Origin: a virus
Length of the DNA: 64,000 nt
Virus record (IMG/VR): IMGVR_UViG_3300042301_003793
Direction: 5' to 3' (one strand)
The notes under the pieces were generated by a model. That model had not been told where the DNA came from, ran no database searches, and was given only the letters and a program-made list of their open reading frames with translations. This document shows, in pieces, positions 1 to 10,064 of this stretch; positions within the stretch are counted from its first letter, which is position 1; every line of letters begins with the position of its first letter. The translations under genes and the position numbers were made by a program.

Positions 1-2204
1 ACAGCCCCACCATTAATAACACCCATATATCCAAAGTTGTTGTTAGCAAAACCACCACCAACAAATGAATAATTACCACTAGCAATATTAACAAAACCAC
101 CGGCAACAACGTCACTATTATTATTTGCTTGGTTTTGACAACCACCACCAATTGTACTTGCAAATCCATTTGCATTATTATTAACACCAAACACAGTTGA
201 ATATTGACCGTTAGCGTTATTTCCTGAGTTTTTCCTTACTGAAGAAGAAAATCCATTACCTCCAACAATTACAGCATCTTCAATTCCAGAAATATCTACT
301 GTACCATTTTGTTGTTGGATTGTTAAGGTTGATGTTGATGGAGTATAAAAACCACCAGTAACATATGTATCTGTATATCCAGTTAAGAAACCAGTAACAC
401 TAAATGTACCACCAGAGTTATTTGTAAAAGTTGCAGTACCAGAGTTTAAATCATATGTACCACCAGTTACTCTTAAATCACCAGCTAAAATACCTAAATT
501 AACCGTGTAGGCACTATAGTTGTTTAGTTCAACTGTTAAGGCGTAAGTACTTTGGTCAAATGTAAATCCAGTTGTAAAGTAATCTGTAGCGCCAGTTGTA
601 AAACCAGTCACAACAAAAGAACCACCCTGGTTGTTTTCAAATGTTGCACTACCAGTTGAGTTATCATATGTACCTCCCGTAACATATGTGTCGATAGATG
701 TAAACCCAGTTACAAGAACTGATGAACCATCTGTATTTGTTAAAGTCAAATTGCCGGCAGTAAATGTACCACCAGTCAAATATGTGTCTGTGTATCCAGT
801 TGTGAAACCAGAAATTTGTACTGTATTTCCAGATGTGTTTATAAATGTTACAACACCAGTATTTGCGTTATATGTTCCACCTGTTAAACCTAAGTCAGTT
901 GCTAGAACACCAAGATTTATTGTATCACTAAAACCATCATTTCTTCCAATAGTTAAATCAAAACTATTTGTATCAAATGTTACACCGGTAAAATATTTAT
1001 CTTCTAAACCAGATATAGAAACATTTGTTCCGTTTTTCATTTCTAAAGTAAGACCACCAGCATTATAATTAAATGTACCACCAGTCACAAAATTGTCTCC
1101 TGTAACAAATCCACCTTGAACCACGTTACTACCATTACTATTAATTAATGTTAAAACACCTGTAACATTATCTAATGTTGACGCACTTAAAAATATATCA
1201 TTATCACCACCAATTACAACATTACCATTAGCATCTATTCCTAAATTATTAACAGATGTTGTAGTACCAATTGAATCGATATTTAATTTTGGTACATAAA
1301 CAGTATCAGCTGATGTTCCTGTTAAGCCAGCACCACCAAGGATAACCGACCTTGTACCAGTTAGTACATTTCCATTTCCACCAATAGTTGCGGAGTAATT
1401 CCCACTAACTTTATTTAATTGACCATTCCCAACAAAAGAATTTACACCTCTTGCAATGTTATTATCACCACCAACTATTGTTGATCCTGACATCGCGGTG
1501 TTATTATCACCACCAAGAATGTTAGATTTTAAATTTATTGCTGTGTTGCAGTATCCCCCACCAACAATTGTGTAATCTGACATGGCAGAATTTAAAACAC
1601 CACCAACAACAATTGCTGATTTTCCATTTGCAACGTTTTCACAACCACCATTTATGTTAGCAAATGTTCCGTTAAGATTATTACCAAAACCACCAACAAT
1701 TGAAGAGTAGCTCCCGTTCAAATTATTTAATCTACCATTCCCAATAAAAGTGTCGCACCCAATTGCTATATTATTATCCCCACCAACAATACTACTACTA
1801 CAACATGCTGTGTTATTGTCTCCACCAAGAACAATAGATTTCAAACCAATTGCCGTGTTATAATAACCACCACCAATAATTGTATAATCTGATTGTGCTG
1901 TATTAAATGCACCACCATTAACAATCGATGATTTACCATTTGCAAAGTTACTACATCCACCACCAATATTACTTAGTAATCCGTTAGAACGGTTAAGGTA
2001 ACCACCATTTATACTTGAATAACTTCCGTTTGCCGTATTTCCTCTACCACCGGCAATTGTTGAGTATCCGGTATTTCCACTTGTCGTGTTTGCTCTACCC
2101 CCAGAAACGGTAGAATAAAGAGCTGAAGCAGAATTTGTTTGCCCACTCCTAACTGTTGTTGTTAATCCACCTACTGGATCTGTAATAATAACATAATTTG
2201 ACAT
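1..2204 (-). CDS. Gly/Asn-rich repeat fibre/adhesin-like protein (3' end runs off the window, >733 aa)
   Basis: Not in the ORF track. ATG at 2204 (MSNYVIITDPVGG...), frame open to position 3 on manual reading. GGxxN repeats like trimeric adhesin/tail-fibre heads, a central block of (Y/F)(V/L)TGGT(Y/F) repeats, then GGxxN repeats again. Confidence 0.75.
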   Translation of the reverse strand, partial: MSNYVIITDPVGGLTTTVRSGQTNSASALYSTVSGGRANTTSGNTGYSTIAGGRGNTANGSYSSINGGYLNRSNGLLSNIGGGCSNFANGKSSIVNGGAFNTAQSDYTIIGGGYYNTAIGLKSIVLGGDNNTACCSSSIVGGDNNIAIGCDTFIGNGRLNNLNGSYSSIVGGFGNNLNGTFANINGGCENVANGKSAIVVGGVLNSAMSDYTIVGGGYCNTAINLKSNILGGDNNTAMSGSTIVGGDNNIARGVNSFVGNGQLNKVSGNYSATIGGNGNVLTGTRSVILGGAGLTGTSADTVYVPKLNIDSIGTTTSVNNLGIDANGNVVIGGDNDIFLSASTLDNVTGVLTLINSNGSNVVQGGFVTGDNFVTGGTFNYNAGGLTLEMKNGTNVSISGLEDKYFTGVTFDTNSFDLTIGRNDGFSDTINLGVLATDLGLTGGTYNANTGVVTFINTSGNTVQISGFTTGYTDTYLTGGTFTAGNLTLTNTDGSSVLVTGFTSIDTYVTGGTYDNSTGSATFENNQGGSFVVTGFTTGATDYFTTGFTFDQSTYALTVELNNYSAYTVNLGILAGDLRVTGGTYDLNSGTATFTNNSGGTFSVTGFLTGYTDTYVTGGFYTPSTSTLTIQQQNGTVDISGIEDAVIVGGNGFSSSVRKNSGNNANGQYSTVFGVNNNANGFASTIGGGCQNQANNNSDVVAGGFVNIASGNYSFVGGGFANNNFGYMGVINGGA

Positions 2205-2284
2205 TATTTATTTTTTTTTCGTTTATTTTATTTTTTAATAAATATTAAGAATTATACAAAGTATTGTTTTTTATATAAAAAAAA

Positions 2285-5149
2285 TTAAGAACCAACTTCT
2301 GTTGCAAGACAAATTTCTCCATTTTCTCTAATAAGTCTAGTCATATCGTTAAAAGATATATAAGCATGACCACCAAGACCCCAAGATTTTCCCCAACTAT
2401 TTTTAATTCTAAAAACTTTTTTATTTAAGTCCACACCATTTATAAGATAAGCGTGACCACCAACAAATCTACCAGTTAATCTTATGTTTCCATTTCTATC
2501 TGGAAAAAACATTCCATTATACCAATTTGTACCAACTACAACAGGACCAACCTTTAATACTGTATTTACAAGTGTTGATAAATCAAATGCCCAATAATAA
2601 GATTTTACTTTACCAATTTGTTGTAAATATTTTACAGCACCCCTAACTGATGTACCATTATAATTTTCACCTGGCCATTGGTCTAATTTTTGTGCATTAA
2701 AATAAATTGTACTTGGATGTACAACTGGTGGTTTGCCGGACTGTTGAACCGGTCCATCTTCCAACCAATGTGACCAGGAATACCCAACACATTGTGGTAG
2801 TGCTCCTTGATTACCCCACCATCCATTTGCGTCCCAAAATCTTTGTGTTAATATTTGTGGTTTTGTTGAGATTGACTGTATTAATTTTTGATTATTTTTA
2901 ATTAGGTAATTTAAATCTCTTTTGTCTTCAACATAAATTCTTCCTAATTCAAAAGGTAATGTTGATGCACTTGATGGTGTTATTTCAGTTTCACCACTTA
3001 TTGTATATGTAAAATCATTTGTTAAACAAATTTCTGTATCACAATCTGGACAGAAAGGATTAAACAATCTAAATTTATCTTTTAGTATATTAAAGTTGTG
3101 TCTTATTTCAGAAGAATCTAAAGGTTGTACATACATCCTAAATTGTGAAATACCCCCTTCAAACGTACCACCAAATTCTTTTTCCAATAATATATTTGTT
3201 GTAAGACCAGACAATGATGTACCAGATAAAACAGATGTTGGGAACAACTCTGGGTCCTGTATAAAATCACTACTTAAATTTTCACAAGTTGATGGTACTA
3301 AATTTTCGTGAAGTCCTTGTGTACCACCACCCCAAGAAATGTTAAATGGAACCCCAACTTGTTTTTCTTTGTCTGTCGGTAATGCCCTTGGGATTAGTTC
3401 TTCAAAATCTTTTATTGTGTATATTAATTTACCATTAACATAAATTAGTAATTTACCTTTTCTATATTTTTCATCTAATAACCAACTATCATTTAACTTA
3501 ACAGTTTCTATTTGTTCAGATTCTTTTTTACCGTTTGAATATGGTGGAGCAATTAAAGTAAAACTATTGTTTGCTAAACTTTCAAGGTATTCTTTTTTTG
3601 TAATATCTCCTAGACCACCAAACCACCATAAGTCACAGTTATCTAAATTTGTATATCGTTTCCAGACAACATCTAATAAAAACCAATGTTCTTGTTCTAT
3701 AAATGCTGGATTTTGTTGTTCACAATAAGAATATATTGGTGGTGTACACCATTCTTGGATTGTATAACCGGTAACAAATGTTGTTCCAGTTCCAGTTACT
3801 GTATTTCCAGTTGTAATACATTCACCAGTAAATCTTAAAACTTTTATACCTATACCTGGATTTTGTGGGTCACCACATAATTTGAATGAGATGTTATTCG
3901 ACATTGAATCGAGTAGCGGGTCTTTTTCGCAAGTATCCTCTACGGATGTAAACCCAGAAGTAGGACAATCCAAACAATCAAGACAAGTATCACAAGTTGT
4001 ACAAGTCGGTGTACATTCAGGAAGTGGTGTATCACAACTTGGTGTAGGACTAGGAAGTGGTGTAGGTGTTGGTGTTGGTTGTATTACATCACCACAATAG
4101 TGTGTCTGACATTCCCAACCACAAGTTTCACAAGCAAATTGATTACAACCACAACCACACGTTGCTGCACTCATAGGATTACCTTTACAAGAACCACAAC
4201 CATAATTTATATGTGGGTCGTGAATACCATTTAACGAACGTGGTGGATAAAGATATATACACCTACTATTTGTAATATTTAAATTACAACAAGCACAAGT
4301 CTGTAAACAATTTGCAAGCGGTGTTGTAACTCTTGTATAACCAGTAAAACATCTTGGTGTTCCGTCAGCATAGTGATAAAACTTATTTTCAGCTCTAGTT
4401 CCCCAATAGAAAAAAGTATTTTTATTATTTGGATATAATCCGTTTAGTGTTGTTTCACCAGAACTTGGTAAGTATTCATTACACAATCTTGGTTTTAAAA
4501 GTAACTCAACACTCCATCCTTTGTTCATTCTTTCTGGGAAAATATCATAGTCAAAACCAAACAATTTATAAAATCCTTGATAAAAACCACCATATAATTC
4601 GTGATAAACACCTTCTGTTGCCCCAGTCTTACTGATGACTTCATATAATGTCTGAGCACTAAACGCCTCAAACCTATTTAAATTTGTTGTATGCCCCGTA
4701 ACTTGAAAAAGTTTAAGTCTTCTATCGTAATACATTCTATCAAACTTAACTCCGTCCTCAAATATACCATTTGTAAAATATATTGTTTGACCACTCATTG
4801 TATCGACTAATCCATTATCAATACCGGTAAATCCAATATCACAAGAAGTTGATGCAGTAAAAAAACAAAAATTAGAATTTTCTGGGTTATAATAATTTTG
4901 TGAAACAAAAATGTTGTTTTTATTATAATTTTTATATTTTAAATTAAGTTTTTGTGCTGTTAATGAATCGTTTATATCAAAATAAAACGGAAGCTTGTTA
5001 CCGTAGGTTTGTGCTATAATATATGGTGAAAATATAACTTCTTCTTTATAGTCCCTTTCATCCGAAGCTAGGGACATATCCATACTATCAGATACTAAAC
5101 CTATATTGATTTTTTTATAAACATATTGATTAATATTCTGTTGTGACAT
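2285..5149 (-). CDS. Putative virion structural protein with C-terminal papain-like (C1A) cysteine peptidase domain
   Basis: Start taken at second Met (MSQQNINQY). C-terminal ~220 aa has NQGALPQCVGY (oxyanion Gln, catalytic Cys), GGHAY (His), KNSWG (Asn). Central Cys-rich and PT-rich segments. Confidence 0.75.
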   Translation of the reverse strand: MSQQNINQYVYKKINIGLVSDSMDMSLASDERDYKEEVIFSPYIIAQTYGNKLPFYFDINDSLTAQKLNLKYKNYNKNNIFVSQNYYNPENSNFCFFTASTSCDIGFTGIDNGLVDTMSGQTIYFTNGIFEDGVKFDRMYYDRRLKLFQVTGHTTNLNRFEAFSAQTLYEVISKTGATEGVYHELYGGFYQGFYKLFGFDYDIFPERMNKGWSVELLLKPRLCNEYLPSSGETTLNGLYPNNKNTFFYWGTRAENKFYHYADGTPRCFTGYTRVTTPLANCLQTCACCNLNITNSRCIYLYPPRSLNGIHDPHINYGCGSCKGNPMSAATCGCGCNQFACETCGWECQTHYCGDVIQPTPTPTPLPSPTPSCDTPLPECTPTCTTCDTCLDCLDCPTSGFTSVEDTCEKDPLLDSMSNNISFKLCGDPQNPGIGIKVLRFTGECITTGNTVTGTGTTFVTGYTIQEWCTPPIYSYCEQQNPAFIEQEHWFLLDVVWKRYTNLDNCDLWWFGGLGDITKKEYLESLANNSFTLIAPPYSNGKKESEQIETVKLNDSWLLDEKYRKGKLLIYVNGKLIYTIKDFEELIPRALPTDKEKQVGVPFNISWGGGTQGLHENLVPSTCENLSSDFIQDPELFPTSVLSGTSLSGLTTNILLEKEFGGTFEGGISQFRMYVQPLDSSEIRHNFNILKDKFRLFNPFCPDCDTEICLTNDFTYTISGETEITPSSASTLPFELGRIYVEDKRDLNYLIKNNQKLIQSISTKPQILTQRFWDANGWWGNQGALPQCVGYSWSHWLEDGPVQQSGKPPVVHPSTIYFNAQKLDQWPGENYNGTSVRGAVKYLQQIGKVKSYYWAFDLSTLVNTVLKVGPVVVGTNWYNGMFFPDRNGNIRLTGRFVGGHAYLINGVDLNKKVFRIKNSWGKSWGLGGHAYISFNDMTRLIRENGEICLATEVGS

Positions 5150-5179
5150 CTTTTTTATTAATAAATACAACAATTCAAA

Positions 5180-5187
5180 GTATTTAT
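5180..5187 (+). promoter_or_regulatory. Putative phage late-promoter motif RTATTTAT (divergent copy on minus strand at 5161-5168)
   Basis: GTATTTAT 14 nt before ATG 5202; a minus-strand copy lies 11 nt before ATG 5149. Same motif precedes most structural genes. Confidence 0.55.
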
Positions 5188-5201
5188 ATTAAAACTATTT
5201 T

Positions 5202-6317
5202 ATGATTGAGCTGAATAAAGAATATTTTAAAAAACCTTATTATTTCTTTTTGAAAGACAAAGGGAGTAAAATTTCATTATATTATTCGGTTTCTAGTACA
5301 TTAAACGAAGCCAAAGAAAAAGATGAAAAAATTGATATACCTAAAACACAAGAAAAAAAAGTTAAAAATCTTGTTGGTAATATTCTTAAGAGCAACAAAA
5401 CTTTTAGTGCGGCAAGCATTAAAAACGCTTTTAAAAAGATGCTGGATAACACGAAAAAAGAAGTAGGCGAAACAAAACTTCTTGCTAAGATTTTAGCTAA
5501 AGCCTTAAATTCTTATGTAAAAGAAGGTGAATTAAATTTAGATGAAGACGATATTGTTTTTATAAAATCACAATCAAAAGACATATTAAAAATTTTACCT
5601 CTAGTTGTTTTTCAAATTGTACCTGGTTCAACTATAGCAACACCATTTATTGTTGCGTTAGCGGAAAAAATTGGTATAAAATTAACCAGTAAAGTTCCAG
5701 AAAAATATAAAAAAGATTCAAAAAAAGAAGGTGGTGAAATAGATGAATTAGTTGATGCCGATGGTAGTATGTCTAGTTCTAATATTCCAATTTTAGACCA
5801 AGGACAACATACACAATGGACACAAGATATGAGGGCTGGTTTAAATAGAATGGCTAATGGTAACTTTCCGTTTAAAGCTAGAATTTATTTTGGTGAGTCA
5901 GAAGAAAAACAAGAACCGTTGGAAGAAGAAGATTTTTCTGATGCTTATGGGTATGAAGAAATTGACGATGATAATATAAAAACATTTAAAGGTTGTATTG
6001 CTGTTTTTAAAAACTTAGAAATTGCAGACCCGTTTGAAAGGTATGAAAGATGTATGTCTTTTGGTTTTGATCCAGAACTTGACGAAGAAGGAAAACAAAG
6101 AATTGTTGAACTAAGAAAAGAAAAAATGAGACATATGATTGATGAACTTTTACTTAATAAAAAGTCAAAAGATAAAGACATCAAAACAAAAGACAGTAAT
6201 GATGATTCACCAATTAACAAAATTTTAATGCGCAATTTAGAATCGGTAAAAAAATTAGCAGAAAAAGAAGGAATAAGTTTAGATAAACTAATAAAACATC
6301 TTAAAGACGGTGAATAA
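5202..6317 (+). CDS. Hypothetical protein with internal LETM1-like helical segment
   Basis: 371-aa ORF; segment FIKSQSKDILKILPLVVFQIVPGSTIATPFIVALAEK resembles LETM1-like domains. Confidence 0.5.
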   Translation: MIELNKEYFKKPYYFFLKDKGSKISLYYSVSSTLNEAKEKDEKIDIPKTQEKKVKNLVGNILKSNKTFSAASIKNAFKKMLDNTKKEVGETKLLAKILAKALNSYVKEGELNLDEDDIVFIKSQSKDILKILPLVVFQIVPGSTIATPFIVALAEKIGIKLTSKVPEKYKKDSKKEGGEIDELVDADGSMSSSNIPILDQGQHTQWTQDMRAGLNRMANGNFPFKARIYFGESEEKQEPLEEEDFSDAYGYEEIDDDNIKTFKGCIAVFKNLEIADPFERYERCMSFGFDPELDEEGKQRIVELRKEKMRHMIDELLLNKKSKDKDIKTKDSNDDSPINKILMRNLESVKKLAEKEGISLDKLIKHLKDGE

Positions 6318-6780
6318 AGATTTATATAACCAAACAATTCATTTACCAAAAGAGATAACTGAATATCTTGAAACTTGTTTTAATCACGTTGGTAATTCTG
6401 ATGCAAATACCGAAGGGCACAATAGAAATCAAGAATTAAGAGATACTGGATATGTAACTTATCAACAATTAGGTAGAATTAAAAATTGGTTTGATAATTA
6501 TAGTGGAGATGGAAAAGACGCGCCATATGTATTAAATGGTGCTGATTATATGAGAAGTTGGGTTGATAGGACGCTTGAATCAATGAGAAATGGTGACCAA
6601 ATGTCTAAACAAATTAGACAAGATTACCACCCAGAACCAATTGATGATAAATTAGTTGATGATATGGGTTGGTTGGCAGATATGAATAGACCATCAAAAG
6701 AACATAGTAAGTTCCAAGATGATATTAAAATAACAGAAAACCTTAAAAGGATAAACGAAATAATGAAAAAACTACTTTAA
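6310..6780 (+). CDS. Hypothetical protein
   Basis: 156-aa ORF, translationally coupled to both neighbours. Confidence 0.7.
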   Translation: MNKDLYNQTIHLPKEITEYLETCFNHVGNSDANTEGHNRNQELRDTGYVTYQQLGRIKNWFDNYSGDGKDAPYVLNGADYMRSWVDRTLESMRNGDQMSKQIRQDYHPEPIDDKLVDDMGWLADMNRPSKEHSKFQDDIKITENLKRINEIMKKLL

Positions 6781-7067
6781 TGGCAACAAGTGAAAGATTA
6801 GATTTTAGTCAACCAATGAATGATCTTGGTATGATTGGTGAAGACCAAAGAAAAAAGTTAATCCCAAAAAATGATTATAAACCAACAAATTCTTATTCGG
6901 CAACTAATAAAGATGCAATTTCCGATGGTGATGAATTTGGTAAAGGTACTGGAACATTTTTGGATACCGCTAACGGTGGGTCATCCACAGACGTGTTTGA
7001 AAGAATTAATGAAATAAAAATTAATGAATATCAAAAGGACAAACCATACACGACACCAACAGCTTAA
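6780..7067 (+). CDS. Hypothetical protein
   Basis: 95-aa ORF with TAATG overlaps at both ends. Confidence 0.7.
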   Translation: MATSERLDFSQPMNDLGMIGEDQRKKLIPKNDYKPTNSYSATNKDAISDGDEFGKGTGTFLDTANGGSSTDVFERINEIKINEYQKDKPYTTPTA

Positions 7068-7447
7068 TGAAACTTTACAATGTATATAATAACCTTATTG
7101 TTGAAGTAGCTTCTATAAATAGTATTGTAGATGCTATTAAGAAACGTCAACGAGTTATTGTTTACTATGATGGTGACGAACCAGGTGGAAAAGGATTAAG
7201 AATTATAGAACCTGTTTGTTATGGTTATAGTAAGGCTGGAAATCCAGTTTTACGAGCTTGGGATTTGGAAGGTGCGTCACATAGAGCTTACTTAGGTAAA
7301 AAACCATTACCAAGTTGGCGATTGTTTAGGGTTGATAAAATAATTACATTTAAACCAACAACCGAAACTTTTAACGAACCAAGACCAAATTATAATCCGG
7401 CTGGAGATAAAAGTATGACGAGGATAATAATAAACGCAGTATTTTAA
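7067..7447 (+). CDS. Stand-alone WYL-domain protein
   Basis: VIVYYDG...RIIEPVCYG...LRAWD...WRLFRVDKI pattern typical of WYL domains; no N-terminal HTH. Confidence 0.75.
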   Translation: MKLYNVYNNLIVEVASINSIVDAIKKRQRVIVYYDGDEPGGKGLRIIEPVCYGYSKAGNPVLRAWDLEGASHRAYLGKKPLPSWRLFRVDKIITFKPTTETFNEPRPNYNPAGDKSMTRIIINAVF

Positions 7448-7452
7448 ATAAA

Positions 7453-8040
7453 ATGAAATCAGAACAAGATTTAATAAATAAACTTATGATTTCCAAAAAA
7501 ATAATGGAAAAACATAATGAAATTGGCAGAGGGTCAGTAACCCAACCAACAAGTTTTAACACACCACAAGTTGACGAGTTCCAACCAGTGAGTGGAAATT
7601 ACAATATTCCACAAGAATTTTTATCGGAAAATGAAGTAAAAATGCAAAGTAATGTTTCGCAAGGATCATCAGAAGAAAGAATTAAAAATTCAAAACTACC
7701 TGACGAAATAAAAAGACTTATGTTAGAACATCCCATTGAACAACCAACATCTTATAACGGTAGTGCAACATTATCTAATGAACTTGTTGAGAAAGCATCA
7801 AGATTAATGGGTACAAATCAAACACAAAAATCTGTAGCACCACAAAAAACACAAACAGTTAACGTTTCAATAAATTATGATGAGGTTAGAAATATAGTAA
7901 GAGAGACTGTTGAAGATGTGTTAAAAGAAAACGGACTTCTTGTTGAATCAACAACTAGGTCTAACGAAGCTTTTAAATTTAGAGTTGGTAATCACATATT
8001 TGAAGGTAAGGTAACTAATATTAAAAAGATAAGTAAGTAA
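7453..8040 (+). CDS. Hypothetical protein
   Basis: 195-aa ORF closing the operon before a terminator. Confidence 0.7.
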   Translation: MKSEQDLINKLMISKKIMEKHNEIGRGSVTQPTSFNTPQVDEFQPVSGNYNIPQEFLSENEVKMQSNVSQGSSEERIKNSKLPDEIKRLMLEHPIEQPTSYNGSATLSNELVEKASRLMGTNQTQKSVAPQKTQTVNVSINYDEVRNIVRETVEDVLKENGLLVESTTRSNEAFKFRVGNHIFEGKVTNIKKISK

Positions 8041-8060
8041 TTAATTTTTGCGTATCATCA

Positions 8061-8093
8061 GACCTCAACATAATTGTTGGGGTTTTTTGTTTT
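8061..8093 (+). terminator. Rho-independent terminator
   Basis: ACCTCAACA-TAAT-TGTTGGGGT hairpin followed by a T-rich tract. Confidence 0.7.
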
Positions 8094-8145
8094 ATAGTTG
8101 ATATTTTAATTAAATATGGGTATATTTTTTCTTATAAAATTAATT

Positions 8146-9360
8146 ATGGAAAAGATAAATGTACTAGTACTCCCTAGTGACCAATCAGGAGTAGGAAAAT
8201 TCAGATCAGTTGACCCCCACGTTAAATTACAAAATATGTATCCAGATGATTTCCATGTGGATATTGACTACGAACCAAAAATAAATGATATAAATTACTG
8301 GAAAAAATACCAAATTGTACATTTTCATAGAAGTATCGGGACTGATTATGATAACTGCCCTAACATAATAAAAATGTTACAATCAATGGGTATTGTTGTT
8401 GTTGCTGATATTGATGATTATTGGTTACCAACAAAAGAACATCCGATTCATCAGTTGATTATTCAAAACAAATTACACGAAAAGATAACAACAAATCTTA
8501 AAGCGGCTGATTGTGTTATTACAACAACAGAACTTTTTGCAAATGAGATAAAAAAATACAATAAAAATGTAATTGTATTACCAAATGCTGTTGACCCAGC
8601 TGACCCACAATTTAATGAACCAACACCAACGTCTGATAAAATTAGAATTGGTTGGCTAGGTGGTTCTTCACACTTACACGATTTAAAATTACTTGATGGT
8701 ATGGTTTCTAAACTTTCACCATTCCAAGATAAATTACAATATTATGTTTGTGGTTTTGATATTCGTGGTACTGTAACAGAAATTAACCAACAAACAGGAC
8801 AAAAAACACAAAGATCAATAAAACCAGAAGAAACTGTTTGGGTTAAATACGAACAAATTTTTACAGACAATTACAAAATTATTACACCAAAGTACAAAGA
8901 TTATTTAGATACATTTACAGAAAATGATTATCCTGGTGTTTTAGATGAAAACTATGTTAGAGTTTGGACAAGACCTGTCACAAGTTATGCAAAAAACTAT
9001 TCTAAATTTGATATTTCTTTAGCACCAATTAAAAACCATATCTTTAACCGAATGAAGTCTCAACTTAAAGTTATTGAGGCTGGGTTTTATAAAAAAGCAT
9101 TAATTGCATCAAATGTTGGTCCCTACACGATTGATTTAAAACATGCACTTAAGAATGGACAATTTACAGATGGAAACGCATTACTTGTAAATGAAAATAA
9201 TAATCACAGTGATTGGGCAAAAAATATTAAAAAGTTAGTTGAAAATCCTAATATGATTACAGATCTTGGTGAAAGATTGTATGAAACAGTAAAGGATAGA
9301 TACGACTTAAATAAAGTTACAGAAACAAGAGCACAATTTTACAAATCTTTAATTAAATAA
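8146..9360 (+). CDS. GT-B fold glycosyltransferase (GT4-like)
   Basis: VADIDDYW, VLPNA, RIGWLGG and DISLAP...KSQLKVIEAG...LIASNVGPY acceptor/donor motifs; start taken at MEKINV. Confidence 0.75.
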   Translation: MEKINVLVLPSDQSGVGKFRSVDPHVKLQNMYPDDFHVDIDYEPKINDINYWKKYQIVHFHRSIGTDYDNCPNIIKMLQSMGIVVVADIDDYWLPTKEHPIHQLIIQNKLHEKITTNLKAADCVITTTELFANEIKKYNKNVIVLPNAVDPADPQFNEPTPTSDKIRIGWLGGSSHLHDLKLLDGMVSKLSPFQDKLQYYVCGFDIRGTVTEINQQTGQKTQRSIKPEETVWVKYEQIFTDNYKIITPKYKDYLDTFTENDYPGVLDENYVRVWTRPVTSYAKNYSKFDISLAPIKNHIFNRMKSQLKVIEAGFYKKALIASNVGPYTIDLKHALKNGQFTDGNALLVNENNNHSDWAKNIKKLVENPNMITDLGERLYETVKDRYDLNKVTETRAQFYKSLIK

Positions 9361-9362
9361 AA

Positions 9363-10064
9363 ATGATTAATATTCCAATAACAAAAATTTTATTTCTAGA
9401 TATTGAAACTGTTGGTGGTTGTCCAGATTTTGAATCCTGTCAAAAGTTTAGTCCAGAAATTGCGGACCAGTTTAATAAATATTTTGATTGGTTTTTAAAA
9501 AGATTTCCAGAAGACAATGGTTTAACAAAAGACGAAGTTTTTACAAAAAGAGCGGCACTTGTTCCAGAGTTTGCAAAAATTGTTTGTGTATCTGTTGCAT
9601 TTGTTTTAGATAACGGCGAAACAAAAAAACAATCTTTTTCTGGTGAAGATGAAAAAAAACTATTAAAAGAAGTTAGAACATTACTTGATAGATGTGAAAA
9701 CCTTGGGTTTTATCTTTGCGGTCATAACTTAAAGAATTTTGATATTCCGATGCTTGCAAAAAGAATGATTATAAATGGAATCCGCCCCTCAAAAATTCTT
9801 CCGTCTTATGATACAAAACCTTGGGAAATAAAAGCAATTGATACAAAAGAAATTTGGCAGTATGGTTCTTATACATCAATAGGTTCTTTAGATTTATTAT
9901 GTTCTTGTCTTAATATACCAACACCAAAGGACGGTGAAATAACTGGTGCTAATGTACATTCTGCATACTGGGAAGAACAAAAAATAAAAGAAATTACAGA
10001 ATACTGTGAAAAAGATGTGGAGGTATTAATCGAAGCAATAATGAAATTAAAAAGTTTAGAATGA
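9363..10064 (+). CDS. PolB-like 3'-5' exonuclease (DEDD family)
   Basis: ExoI FLDIET, ExoII GHNLKNFDIP, ExoIII YCEKDV motifs. Confidence 0.8.
   Translation: MINIPITKILFLDIETVGGCPDFESCQKFSPEIADQFNKYFDWFLKRFPEDNGLTKDEVFTKRAALVPEFAKIVCVSVAFVLDNGETKKQSFSGEDEKKLLKEVRTLLDRCENLGFYLCGHNLKNFDIPMLAKRMIINGIRPSKILPSYDTKPWEIKAIDTKEIWQYGSYTSIGSLDLLCSCLNIPTPKDGEITGANVHSAYWEEQKIKEITEYCEKDVEVLIEAIMKLKSLE

Noticed and set aside
631-1068. 145-aa plus-strand ORF
   Set aside because: Antisense shadow of the repeat-rich fibre gene; many other short track ORFs are likewise antisense or out-of-frame inside well-supported genes.
8098-8126. Sigma70-like TTGATA-17-TATATT before the first glycosyltransferase
   Set aside because: Plausible but easily produced by chance in this AT-rich spacer; not listed as a feature.
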